A DNA stretch of 64,000 nt, taken from positions 2,016,001 through 2,080,000 of the forward strand of contig OZ245777.1 in NCBI GenBank assembly GCA_965227775.1, written 5' to 3'. The notes under the pieces are model-generated. The model was not told where the DNA came from and ran no database searches. It saw nothing but the letters and a program-made list of their open reading frames with translations. This document shows, piece by piece, positions 39,682-48,996 of the stretch. This DNA is from Phycisphaerales bacterium. GTDB taxonomy: Bacteria > Planctomycetota > Phycisphaerae > Phycisphaerales > UBA1924. Positions within the stretch are counted from its first letter, which is position 1, and each line of letters opens with the position of its first letter. Made by a program: the position numbers and the translations under genes.

Positions 39682-42024
39682 CTATTCGCAGCCGGCGTCG
39701 AAGGCGTTCTGGAAAGCAAGAAAGTCGAAGAGGGTGAGTTGGCCATCTCCGTCGAAGTCGGCTCGCGGATCACCGATCCAGAATGCATCGTGAAACCGAA
39801 TGTAGTCGAACACGTTGAGCTCTCCATCCCCGTCGAAGTCCGCTCGGCAGGGTGGTGCACATCGATTCAGGAGCACCTGAAGCGAGGGAACGCGTGTGTC
39901 GGCTACTGCGATGTCGGTTTGTCCGTCAAGATTTACATCTGCGAGCGTGAAGTTGGCGATCGTCTCGCCCGTTCGAAGGACCGGGCTCACGAAGAATCGC
40001 CGACCTCCAAGGTGCGTGAGTACTTGCACTCCTCCTGAGACATTGGCGACGACATCTGGGATGCCGTCCGCCGTCACGTCGCCAATCTCGATTCCTGTCG
40101 CCGCACGGCCGATGTCGACCTGCTGCCGATCGCCCACACTGCCCAGGCCATCACCCGGCCAGTAGATGATCGCGCCGTTGAGTCCATCTCCAACGACGAC
40201 GTCCTCGTTGCCATCCGAATCGAAGTCGACGATGCCGATGATCCCGCTGTTGAAGCCGATGGGGAGCACGCGCTGGGGAACCAACCGGCGGTTGTCCAGC
40301 TCGAAGATTGCCACCAGCCGACTCGGGAGGGTCGTGCTTACGCCAATCTCCAGCCGACCATCACCGTTGAGGTCACCAGCGGCCATCGCCGACGAACGAT
40401 CGGCAACATCGAGAACGAGCCGGTCGTCGAAGCGACCGGTCCCGTCGTTGTACGCCACCAGCAGCCGATCTCGCTCCAGCAGCACGATCGCATCGGGGTC
40501 ACCATCGGCGTCGGCGTCGAGCAGCTCAAACGTGGCTTCGCGAGAGTCAATGTCCCACTCGGCGATCGAGCGGAGACCGCCTGGTCCTTCGTTGATGATC
40601 GTCTCCAAGCCCCCGCCCTGCTTTGTGAGTGCCACCGCGTCGAGGTCGCCGTCCAAGTCAACGTCCGCAAGCCGCAGCTGCCTCACCGCGCCGCGGAGCG
40701 AGACGGACTGGACATGCACCGGCCCGGTCGCGGTCTGCCGGAGCACGTCGAGGCGTGGTCTCGCGTTCACGGACACGAGCAGGTCTGCAAGGCCGTCTCC
40801 ATCCAGGTCGCCCGCGTCGATGTCGAAGAGGCCCCACGGTTCCACGACTGCGGTTGCTAGTTGTTGAGGCAGAGGGAACGAACCCAGTCCATCGTTCACC
40901 AGCACGGTGACGTCGAAGCCCCGCGAGTTCGGAACCGCGAGGTCGATCGCGCCGTCAGAGTTCATATCGGCCGAAACGATCTGGATGGGCTCCCGGCCCA
41001 CCGGCAGGACTGTCGGCGTGCCCAAGCGGCCACCGCCCATGCTATCCAGCACGGCAACGAATCCGCCGTTTTGGTCGACAACCGCCACGTCCGCGTCGCC
41101 GTCACGGTCGAAGTCGCCGACCGCAACAGCGCCAAGCTCGCCACCCGCGGGCGCGCATTGGGCCTCGCCAAACACGCCGCCGGTGTTCAGGCGCGTGCAC
41201 ACCAGGCCGACGATCAACTCGGTCCAGACGAGGTCGGGGTCGCCATCGCCGTCGACGTCTCCCAGAGCGACGCCGGTGGGAAACAGGCCGGTCGGATACA
41301 GGTCCGGCTCGCCGAAGTCTCCGGTCCCGTCATTGAAGTGGACCTGGAGTCGCGGCTCGGCGAATCCGCGGCTGGAAACAACGAGGTCCGGATCGCCGTC
41401 GCCGTCCAAATCGCTCCATGCGATCGCCTCGGCGAACGACGCGACCAGCACCGAAGAAGTGAGCTGGAAAGATCCGGAGCCGTCGTTACGCAAGAGCCGC
41501 ACGCCGCTGCTTGCTCGAACGGCCAGATCGATGTCGCCGTCGCCGTCCATGTCTTCCGGACTCAGTTCGTTCGGCAGTACGCCCGAACTCGACGTGATCG
41601 GCTCGGCGAAGCTCCCTGCTCCGTCACCCAAGAGCACATCGACTGTCGACCCGAGCGTGCTGCCATAGGCAATGTCGAGCGCTCCATCGCCGTTGAAATC
41701 GGCGGCAACCACGCACTGCAGGCGTCGCAGATCCGGCAACTCGATGGTTCGAGATTCGAACCACCCGCCCTCTCGAGCTATCGAGAGCGTGATGTCGTTG
41801 CTGACAACGTTGGCAACCGCGAGGTCCGCTCGCCCATCCCCATTGAAATCACCCACAGCAACGCAGCTGGGGCGTTCTTCGGCAGGAAGATCCCACGGTG
41901 CGGCAAACGGCTGCTTGCAACGGGCATCGTGCGGGCCGGTTTGGGCAACAGCGTCGGCAGCTGGTCCCAGCGGTGCGAGACCGATAGCGATGGCCCAAAC
42001 GGCGGATCGATCCCGTCGTGACAT
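39682..42024 (-). CDS. Secreted FG-GAP/VCBS-repeat protein with GC-type dockerin
   Basis: Many DxDGDGxxD repeats; dockerin tail ending DAGCE. Confidence 0.88.
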   Translation of the reverse strand: MSRRDRSAVWAIAIGLAPLGPAADAVAQTGPHDARCKQPFAAPWDLPAEERPSCVAVGDFNGDGRADLAVANVVSNDITLSIAREGGWFESRTIELPDLRRLQCVVAADFNGDGALDIAYGSTLGSTVDVLLGDGAGSFAEPITSSSGVLPNELSPEDMDGDGDIDLAVRASSGVRLLRNDGSGSFQLTSSVLVASFAEAIAWSDLDGDGDPDLVVSSRGFAEPRLQVHFNDGTGDFGEPDLYPTGLFPTGVALGDVDGDGDPDLVWTELIVGLVCTRLNTGGVFGEAQCAPAGGELGAVAVGDFDRDGDADVAVVDQNGGFVAVLDSMGGGRLGTPTVLPVGREPIQIVSADMNSDGAIDLAVPNSRGFDVTVLVNDGLGSFPLPQQLATAVVEPWGLFDIDAGDLDGDGLADLLVSVNARPRLDVLRQTATGPVHVQSVSLRGAVRQLRLADVDLDGDLDAVALTKQGGGLETIINEGPGGLRSIAEWDIDSREATFELLDADADGDPDAIVLLERDRLLVAYNDGTGRFDDRLVLDVADRSSAMAAGDLNGDGRLEIGVSTTLPSRLVAIFELDNRRLVPQRVLPIGFNSGIIGIVDFDSDGNEDVVVGDGLNGAIIYWPGDGLGSVGDRQQVDIGRAATGIEIGDVTADGIPDVVANVSGGVQVLTHLGGRRFFVSPVLRTGETIANFTLADVNLDGQTDIAVADTRVPSLQVLLNRCAPPCRADFDGDGELNVFDYIRFHDAFWIGDPRADFDGDGQLTLFDFLAFQNAFDAGCE

Positions 42025-42075
42025 AGCGCCTCCCTGCTGGCAGGACGATAGCTCGCCGAGCCAGGCGCCAGCCCG

Positions 42076-43494
42076 TTATGGGCAGCCGGCGTCGAAGGCG
42101 CTCTGGAACGCCAGGAAGTCGAAGATGGTCAGCGAGCCGTCGCCGTCGAAGTCGGCCTGGCAGGCGTGGGTGAACTCCAGAATTGCGTCTCCGCCTGCCA
42201 CGCCGTCGCGATCGCCATCGATTTGCTCGCCAGTTACCGTGCTGCGGATCGCATCCGACAGCGTCGCGGTATAGGTATCGCCGTCGAGCGGCTCGCCCAG
42301 TCCGATGAGCATGAATTGGCTGCCCGAACCCGACGCGTCAAAGGCGACCGGTTCGCCGGCAATGTTGGTGATGGTCACGTTTGCGTCCGTGAACTCGACC
42401 GGTTCGTTGAAGATCACGCGCAGGCTAGCCACGGGGTCACCGGTCAGGATCGAGCCCCCGGGCACCGACGGGCTCGTCTCCACAACGACGGGGCCCGGCT
42501 CGCTCCCAGACTCGCGGATGAGCCAGATGCCGTTCTGGTCGGAAACGTACATCGACGCGCCGTCGGGGCTGATCGATAGTGCCTCGATCTCGATGAACCC
42601 GGTCGCCCACGCTCGATACGTTCCATCGGGGTCGAAGGCCTGAACCTGCCCGGTCACCGAGTCGACGACGTATGCCTGGTCACCGAACACGCCCGCGCCG
42701 GTCATGTCCACGTCGTTCAGATTGCGAATGCTGCACGGCTGGAGGTCGCCGATGAGCCGGTAGGTACCGCCGACCGTCACGCCGTTGAGCTCGTACATGC
42801 CGCTCAGATTGTCGTTGTTGCAGTCACGGTCTGCAAGGAGCAGGCCGCCGCCGTACGAGCCCGAGAGGTCGCGCGCCAGCCCTGCGACGTCGGTATCGGT
42901 GCGACCCGCCGGCAGGGACGAGTCCGAGCGAACGATTCTTGCATAGCTCGCGTCCATCGTGGCGAGCGTCGTCATGCCATCCGAGGCGTCGCCGTCGAGT
43001 AGCACCATGCCGAACGGATCGGTCGACCCACCGTCGAGGTACTCGAAGTCGTAATTCAGCCCGGGGCCGGTCGTCCAGCGCGTCTGCACCTGCGCATCGG
43101 GGTCCACAGAGAGCATCCTGGATACGCCGCGAGGGCCTGCGACGATGTCGAGGATGCACACGTGGATGTTGCCGTCGATGAGGCCGTCCGCGTCGAGGCG
43201 GATCCGACGCACCGAGTCGAACGGCGATTGGTCGCTGACGGCGATCGTGCGAATCACGCCGGTCGGTTCGATGAGCCGCACGGTCAGAAACCCCGAGGGC
43301 GACACGATCGCCGAGAGCACACCCTCACCAAAGCGCGGATCATCGATGGCCTCGAGCTTCGCTCGCACGCCGTCCAGCAGCGGTGCGACCCGCCGGACGG
43401 TGAACCCATCGGGCACCTCCGGCTGCGCCAATGCGGCGACGGGGGCAAGAGCGGTCGACAGAGTGGCTGCGACGAACATCTGGCGTGCGAGCAT
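42076..43494 (-). CDS. Secreted propeller/Ig-like protein with single-repeat dockerin tail
   Basis: Signal peptide; Ig-like segment (VIFNEPV...YTATL); CQADFDGDGSLTIFDFLAFQSAFDAGCP. Confidence 0.85.
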   Translation of the reverse strand: MLARQMFVAATLSTALAPVAALAQPEVPDGFTVRRVAPLLDGVRAKLEAIDDPRFGEGVLSAIVSPSGFLTVRLIEPTGVIRTIAVSDQSPFDSVRRIRLDADGLIDGNIHVCILDIVAGPRGVSRMLSVDPDAQVQTRWTTGPGLNYDFEYLDGGSTDPFGMVLLDGDASDGMTTLATMDASYARIVRSDSSLPAGRTDTDVAGLARDLSGSYGGGLLLADRDCNNDNLSGMYELNGVTVGGTYRLIGDLQPCSIRNLNDVDMTGAGVFGDQAYVVDSVTGQVQAFDPDGTYRAWATGFIEIEALSISPDGASMYVSDQNGIWLIRESGSEPGPVVVETSPSVPGGSILTGDPVASLRVIFNEPVEFTDANVTITNIAGEPVAFDASGSGSQFMLIGLGEPLDGDTYTATLSDAIRSTVTGEQIDGDRDGVAGGDAILEFTHACQADFDGDGSLTIFDFLAFQSAFDAGCP

Positions 43495-43514
43495 CTCGGG
43501 TCTCCTCTCGGCAC

Positions 43515-43543
43515 AGGATACAGGAAGCCGGTCGACAACGCAA
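43515..43543 (-). promoter_or_regulatory. Sigma70-type promoter
   Basis: TTGCGT-N17-TATCCT, then GAGAGGAG and ATG 43494. Confidence 0.65.
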
Positions 43544-43596
43544 GGTGAATGCGGGCGCGGGAGGCCGGCGGGGTGAGAGTGCGGGTGGGTTGCGTG

Positions 43597-45528
43597 CTAC
43601 GGGCAGCCGGCGTCGAAGGCGTTCTGGAACGCAAGGAAGTCGAAGATCGTGAACGAGCCATCGCCGTCGAAGTCGGCGCGGGGGTCCATCAAGTCGAACA
43701 GGTTCTGGAACGCGAGGAAGTCGAAGATGGTGAGCTCGCCGTCGCCGTCGAGATCGGCTCGGCACGTTTCGCCCCGGCCATAGACGATGTATGCGGCCCC
43801 GGTGAAGTCGAACGGCGTGACCGCAACTCCGGGTGCGCCGACAAGGACATCGCTGCGCCCGTCGCCGTTGACGTCGCCACCGCCCGCAACGCCCATGCGC
43901 AGGCGGTGCCCCGTACCGGGTGCGTCGAGATATGCCCCCTCACCAGCGATCGCCAGATCGTCGGGTTCCAGAACCGCATCGAATGTCCCGATCGCCGGCA
44001 CGTCTCGGCCCATCAGCAGGAACGCATCGCTGACGCCGGGCATGGCGACGAGCACGTCGTCGATACCATCGCCCGTCACATCTCCCGCAGCGCCGAGCGA
44101 TTGCCCGGCCATCGCGTTGGACGTCGGCCCAACCAGCACGAAGCCGTCGGTTCCGTCGAGATCGTCCAGCGCGACCGAAGCCGAGAAGGGCGAGCCTGCC
44201 GGGCGACCGAACACCATGTACGTCCGCCCGTGGTCGTTGCCCGGGAAGGAATAGGACCCGTAGCGCGTGTGCGAAGCGCCGGGCGCACCGAGCGCGATGT
44301 CGTCGATGCCGTCGCCGTTGATGTCGCCTGCGCAGGCGAGCGCACCGCCCAGGCGGGCATCGATGTTGTCGATGTTCAGGGCGAAGCCCGCCGTGCCGTC
44401 GAGCTCTGCCAGGAGGACCTCAGCGGGGAAGGGATCGCTCGAGTCGCGACCGAACAGCACGTACGCCCGGCCGCCGTACACCGTGTAGCAATAGCCATAG
44501 CCGCCGTAGCAGTACTGCTGGGAGTTGGCTCGCGGGGCGCCGATCAGCACGTCGTCGATGCCGTCGCCGTTGATGTCGCCGGCCCCGGCAACCGTGCGAC
44601 CCGCCTCGTTGAACCAGTCCTCGCCCGACGCCTTGAACCCCTGGCCGGGCGCGAGCGCATCGAGTGCGACGTCGGCGGGGAAGCCGCCCGCGCGACCAAA
44701 GAGGATGTAGACGGCCCCCCGGCCACCAATGGGCGGATCGCCCAGGTCGTTGGGAGCGCCGAGGGCGAGATCGTCCACGCCATCGCCGTTCACGTCGCCC
44801 ACGCCTGCGAGGCTGTTTCCGACGAGTGCACAGCTGGTGCCCGTGCCGATCGGCGTGCACACGTCGGCGATGCGGAAGCCGTCGGCGCCGTCGAGATCCT
44901 CAACGACCACGCGCGCGGGGAAGGGCGTGCTGCCGCCCGCGACGTTGCGGCCGAAGATGACCGCGGCGCGACCCTCGCCGAAGGACGAGTACTGGGCGGC
45001 GCCGCTGTCGCCGACGACCAGGTCGTCCACACCGTCGCCGTTCAGGTCGCCCGCTGCCGCGACGGCGTAGCCCATCGGCCGGTCGCGGTTCGATGAGCCG
45101 ATGCGAAATCCGTCGCCGCCGTCGAGGGCGGCCAGGTCGAGGCCGGCCGGCACGCCGCCCGCTCGGCCGAACACCACGTACGCCTCGCCGCCCACGCGCA
45201 TCCTGCGATAGCCCTCGCTGGCCATCGCCCCGATGACGACGTCGTCCAGCCCATCGCCGTTGATGTCGCCCACGATCGCGGCCGAGAATCCGAGCTTCTC
45301 GAACGATCGCAACCCGCGTGCGAACGCGCCCAGCGTGCCATCGCCCCCGCTGGCGGGCTGGAGCGATTCGAGATCGAGCCTCTCGGGGAACGCGTCGGCC
45401 AGGGGGTCACCCTGGGCAAGGGCGCTCCCGGCGACGGCCAGCAGCGCGAGGGTGGCGGTGACGGGAGTGATGGCGGTGATAGGGGTGGTGGGGGTGGTGG
45501 GGGTGGAGCGAACGGGCGCGTGGGGCAT
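43597..45528 (-). CDS. Integrin-alpha-like FG-GAP propeller protein with GC-type dockerin
   Basis: AAGGAG RBS before ATG 45528; repeated GDxNGDGxDD...GAP...YxxFG; dockerin tail. Confidence 0.88.
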   Translation of the reverse strand: MPHAPVRSTPTTPTTPITAITPVTATLALLAVAGSALAQGDPLADAFPERLDLESLQPASGGDGTLGAFARGLRSFEKLGFSAAIVGDINGDGLDDVVIGAMASEGYRRMRVGGEAYVVFGRAGGVPAGLDLAALDGGDGFRIGSSNRDRPMGYAVAAAGDLNGDGVDDLVVGDSGAAQYSSFGEGRAAVIFGRNVAGGSTPFPARVVVEDLDGADGFRIADVCTPIGTGTSCALVGNSLAGVGDVNGDGVDDLALGAPNDLGDPPIGGRGAVYILFGRAGGFPADVALDALAPGQGFKASGEDWFNEAGRTVAGAGDINGDGIDDVLIGAPRANSQQYCYGGYGYCYTVYGGRAYVLFGRDSSDPFPAEVLLAELDGTAGFALNIDNIDARLGGALACAGDINGDGIDDIALGAPGASHTRYGSYSFPGNDHGRTYMVFGRPAGSPFSASVALDDLDGTDGFVLVGPTSNAMAGQSLGAAGDVTGDGIDDVLVAMPGVSDAFLLMGRDVPAIGTFDAVLEPDDLAIAGEGAYLDAPGTGHRLRMGVAGGGDVNGDGRSDVLVGAPGVAVTPFDFTGAAYIVYGRGETCRADLDGDGELTIFDFLAFQNLFDLMDPRADFDGDGSFTIFDFLAFQNAFDAGCP

Positions 45529-45548
45529 GGCGGGCTCCTTCGGAGCCC

Positions 45549-45577
45549 AGCATACCACAAATCCTCTGTTGATCCAA
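45549..45577 (-). promoter_or_regulatory. Sigma70-type promoter
   Basis: TTGGAT-N17-TATGCT upstream of ATG 45528. Confidence 0.6.
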
Positions 45578-45592
45578 GGCGATTCGGGGCCG

Positions 45593-45679
45593 CTACGGGC
45601 AGCCGGCGTCGAAGGCGTTCTGGAAAGCAAGAAAGTCGAAGATGGTGAATTTGCCGTCGCCGAGCGTACGAGCACACAC
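45593..45679 (-). pseudogene. Orphan dockerin tail remnant
   Basis: Encodes (VCARTL)GDGKFTIFDFLAFQNAFDAGCP* with no gene body. Confidence 0.8.
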
Positions 45680-45680
45680 C

Positions 45681-45717
45681 AAGAGAAAACGGCGCGCCCG
45701 GAGTCGGTCGCGCCGTT
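45681..45717 (-). terminator. Rho-independent terminator after the PEP-CTERM-like gene
   Basis: Minus strand reads AACGGCGCG...CGCGCCGTTTTCTCTT. Confidence 0.65.
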
Positions 45718-45747
45718 GCCTTTCTCACCACTACCAGATGCTGGCCG

Positions 45748-46407
45748 CTACGAGCGGCGGCGCGTGCCGACGCCGACCAGCGTGATACCAGCCAGGGCGA
45801 GCATGCCGCTGCCCGGCAGCGGGATGACCACCGAGTCGGTCGGGTCGAAGTGGACCGTGTCGATCAGCACGCTGCCGCCGGGGCCGTTGATCTCCACGCG
45901 GGCGATGCCCGAGACCGAGAAGGCGAAGAGCTGCCACGCCGTGCCAGCGCCGGAGCTGAGCGTGTCTCCGAGGTTGATCGTCTCCAGCAGCCCGCCGCCC
46001 GAGCCGAAGGCCGACATCGTCACGCCGTCGTCGGTTGTCAGCGCGAGCACGCTGAACGCGTCCCAGTTCGCGCCGACCGCCGACATCTCGATGCCCGTAA
46101 ACGTGTCGGCCGTACCGATGCGGTAGGCGTTCACGAGGCTGATGGCCCCATCGGCGCCGCCGGTTCCTGGCAGGATCACGTCGTGGTTCCAGCCCGAGGT
46201 GGTGCCGCCGAAGTCGATGCCGCTGGCAACGAACTGATTGTCGAGGCGCGTGGTGTCGGTGCCGTCCCAGGTCGTACCGCCGTAGATGCCGCTCTGGTCG
46301 AGCGACTCGAAGGTCAGCGTGACCGGGCCGGCCAGCGCGCCGGAGGCCACGACGACGGTCGCGAGCGTGGCAGAGGTGTTCTTGATGATCTTGGGTGTCT
46401 TGGTCAT
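45748..46407 (-). CDS. Secreted protein with PEP-CTERM-like (IPLP) sorting tail
   Basis: Signal peptide; C-terminal VIPLPGSGMLALAGITLVGVGTRRRS. Confidence 0.85.
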   Translation of the reverse strand: MTKTPKIIKNTSATLATVVVASGALAGPVTLTFESLDQSGIYGGTTWDGTDTTRLDNQFVASGIDFGGTTSGWNHDVILPGTGGADGAISLVNAYRIGTADTFTGIEMSAVGANWDAFSVLALTTDDGVTMSAFGSGGGLLETINLGDTLSSGAGTAWQLFAFSVSGIARVEINGPGGSVLIDTVHFDPTDSVVIPLPGSGMLALAGITLVGVGTRRRS

Positions 46408-46434
46408 GGTGTCATCTCCCGTGCCTGCGCACGC

Positions 46435-48294
46435 TTAGGGGCAGCCCGCCGAGAAATCGGTGCTGTATGCGAGGAAGTCGAAGAGGTTCCAGATCCCGTT
46501 GCCGTCCCAGTCGGCGATGGGGTCGCGATCGTTGAACAGGTTGAAGAACATCTGGAAATCGAAGATCGTCACATCCCCGTCCTCATCCAGGTCGACGTCG
46601 CAGGGTGCCGAGCCACCGCGGCCGAACACCACGTAGCTCGAACCGGCACTCAAGCGACCACGGGGGTCTGCGAGGGTAGCTCCGATGACGACATCGTCGA
46701 TGCCGTCGCCGTTCACGTCGCCCGTGCCGGCTACGGAAAAGCCGCTGCGATCTCCTATCGTCACCCCGTCGAGGCGGAAGCCGTTGGTCCCGTCCAGGTC
46801 GTGCGACGGCAGCGCCGCGGGGAAGCCGCCCGACGACGGGGCGCGGCCAAATACCACGTAGCTCGAGCCCGTATCCCTTTGGCCGCCTGGGTCTGCTAGA
46901 TACGCCCCGATGATGAGGTCATTGACGCCGTCGCCGTTGACATCGCCGGCAGAGGCGACCGCATGGCCGCTATTGCTGCTCGAAGCATTGGGGCCGTCGA
47001 AGCGGAAGCCGTTGGCGCCGTCCAGGTCGACCAGTTGCAGTGCCGCAGGGAAGCCGCCCGACGAGCCTTCGCGACCGAACACCACGTAGCTCGAGCCCGC
47101 ATTTGACTGGCCGCGGGGGTCTGCATTGGGGGCCCCGATGATGACGTCGTCCACGCCGTCGCCGTTCACGTCGCCGGCCGAGGCGACAGATCTGCCGCTC
47201 ATGTCGGACGCGGCATCGCCGTCGAGGCGGAAGCCGTTGGTGCCGTCCAGGACGGCCAGGTCGAGCACCGCCGGCAAGCCGCCCGACGAGCCGTCGCGAC
47301 CGAACACCACGTAGCTCGAACCGGCACTCGAGCGACCGCCGGGGCCTGCGACGGGGGCCCCGATGATGAGGTCGTCCACGCCGTCGCCGTTCACGTCGCC
47401 GGCCGAGGCGACAGATTCGCCGCTGTAGGTGGACGGCTCGGCGCCATCGAGGCGGAAGCCGTTGGTGCCGTCCAGGCCGGCGAGGTCGAGCACCGCGGGG
47501 AAGCCGCTCGACGAGCCGTCGCGGCCGAACACCACGTAGCTCGCACCGGCACCCGTGCGACCGCCGGGGTCTGCGCGGGGCGCCCCGATGATGACGTCGT
47601 CCACGCCGTCGCCGTTCACGTCGCCGGCCGAGGCGACAGAGTCGCCGGTGCGGTCATCACTCGCCGCCCCGTCGAGGCGGAATCCGTTGGTGCCGTCCAG
47701 CGCGGCGAGGTCGAGTGCCGCCGGGAAGCCGCCGGACGACATGTCGCGGCCGAACACCACGAAGCTCGAACCGGCACGAGGCCGCCCACTGGGGCTCCCG
47801 CGGTACGCGCCGATGATGACGTCGTCCACGCCGTCGCCATTGACATCGCCCGCACCGGCCACGGACAAGCCGCTACGTTCGCTGAATGTTGACCCGTCGA
47901 GGCGGAAGCCGTTCGAGCCGTCCAGGCCGGCGAGGTCGAGTGCCGCCGGGAAGCCGCCGGACGACACGTCGCGGCCGAACACGACATAGCTCACGCCCGA
48001 GTCGCGTCGACCGGGGGCGTCCGCGAAGGGAGCCCCAATGACGACGTCGTCGATGCCGTCGCCGTTCACGTCGCCCACGACGGCCACGGAGGTACCGAAC
48101 GAGTCAGCTACTGCCTGCCCGTCGAGTCGGAAGCCGGTGGTCCCGTCCAGGCTCGACAGCTCGAACACGGCGGGGAAGGGGTCGGTCAACTGGGCCAGGG
48201 CGACGCTCGGGCACGCCAGGCCAGCGAGCATCGCCAGGCCGACGGCACGCCGCGGGAGCGGCGCGGCCCAAAGGATCGGTGCGGGGTCAATCAT
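46435..48294 (-). CDS. Integrin-alpha-like seven-repeat FG-GAP protein with divergent GC-type dockerin
   Basis: Seven ~75-aa repeats; tail CDVDLDEDG...ADWDGNG..NLFDFLAY...AGCP. Confidence 0.9.
   Translation of the reverse strand: MIDPAPILWAAPLPRRAVGLAMLAGLACPSVALAQLTDPFPAVFELSSLDGTTGFRLDGQAVADSFGTSVAVVGDVNGDGIDDVVIGAPFADAPGRRDSGVSYVVFGRDVSSGGFPAALDLAGLDGSNGFRLDGSTFSERSGLSVAGAGDVNGDGVDDVIIGAYRGSPSGRPRAGSSFVVFGRDMSSGGFPAALDLAALDGTNGFRLDGAASDDRTGDSVASAGDVNGDGVDDVIIGAPRADPGGRTGAGASYVVFGRDGSSSGFPAVLDLAGLDGTNGFRLDGAEPSTYSGESVASAGDVNGDGVDDLIIGAPVAGPGGRSSAGSSYVVFGRDGSSGGLPAVLDLAVLDGTNGFRLDGDAASDMSGRSVASAGDVNGDGVDDVIIGAPNADPRGQSNAGSSYVVFGREGSSGGFPAALQLVDLDGANGFRFDGPNASSSNSGHAVASAGDVNGDGVNDLIIGAYLADPGGQRDTGSSYVVFGRAPSSGGFPAALPSHDLDGTNGFRLDGVTIGDRSGFSVAGTGDVNGDGIDDVVIGATLADPRGRLSAGSSYVVFGRGGSAPCDVDLDEDGDVTIFDFQMFFNLFNDRDPIADWDGNGIWNLFDFLAYSTDFSAGCP
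46600..48180 (-). repeat. Intragenic ~225-bp tandem repeats (7 copies)
   Basis: GCCGTTCACGTCGCC-like anchor at 46708, 46933, 47161, 47386, 47611, 47836 and 48061. Confidence 0.85.
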
Positions 48295-48507
48295 GATCTC
48301 TCTCCACGAGGGCGGGCCGGCATGGGCCGCAGCGGGAGGCTACCGCGACACCCCTGGGATATCCATGACCCCTTGTCCAGAATCGCCGCGAGCGCGTGAA
48401 GCTGGGCGAACTGCTGGGGTGCGCTTGCTGAGGTGGGCTTGCTGCGGTGCGACTCTTGGGGCACGGGCGCGCTAGCAGGGCGATCGCGCACCGCCATCGC
48501 GATCATC

Positions 48508-48708
48508 GGACCGACCCCGATGCCCCCGCGGGCAACGAACATGCTCCCGCGAGCGACGCCGGCGTGCTTCGTGTGCGATCCCGTGCGCGCAAGGCCCCTG
48601 CTCGTGCGCAGGGCGGGTGTTCTCGTATACACAGCAAGGCCCGCGGTGTACGCCGCGGCGGGCTTCGCGTGCACCGGAACCGTTCTCGTGTGCACGAGGA
48701 AGATTCTC
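48508..48708. repeat. Degenerate 21-bp tandem array
   Basis: Units at 48583, 48604, 48625, 48646, 48667 and 48688 (G(T/C)(G/A)YRC...mostly ending CTC/TTC), plus a weaker block at 48508-48570. Confidence 0.6.
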
Positions 48709-48996
48709 GTTCTCCGTTACGCGGACCTTGCGGCCGTTCTCGGACGCATTGTGCGCACGTCCTGCGCACGTCGGTGAGCATTCCTTCGAAATGTCATGCG
48801 TTGCGCCGGCGCGGCCGAGCCGCGCGCGAACAACGGCCGGGGACACTCTCCCGATTCTTGCAAATCGGACCAAAGTCGCGTTCCCGGACGCTCGATGACA
48901 TGGTCGGTCGGGCGGCGCACGGTGCGCCGCCCGCGACACGGATGGGCCGGCGCGCACGACGCGCACCGGCGGACGAACCGACACAAGGATGGAATC

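Noticed and set aside
43597..45675. 692-aa version of the FG-GAP ORF starting at 45675
   Set aside because: The extension crosses the dockerin remnant out of frame and the promoter; the RBS and signal peptide support ATG 45528.
38371..48294. Classical cellulosome
   Set aside because: No glycoside hydrolase cargo or multi-cohesin scaffoldin is recognisable in the window.
48508..48708. CRISPR array
   Set aside because: Units are contiguous, degenerate 21-mers without a constant repeat/unique spacer structure, and there are no cas genes.
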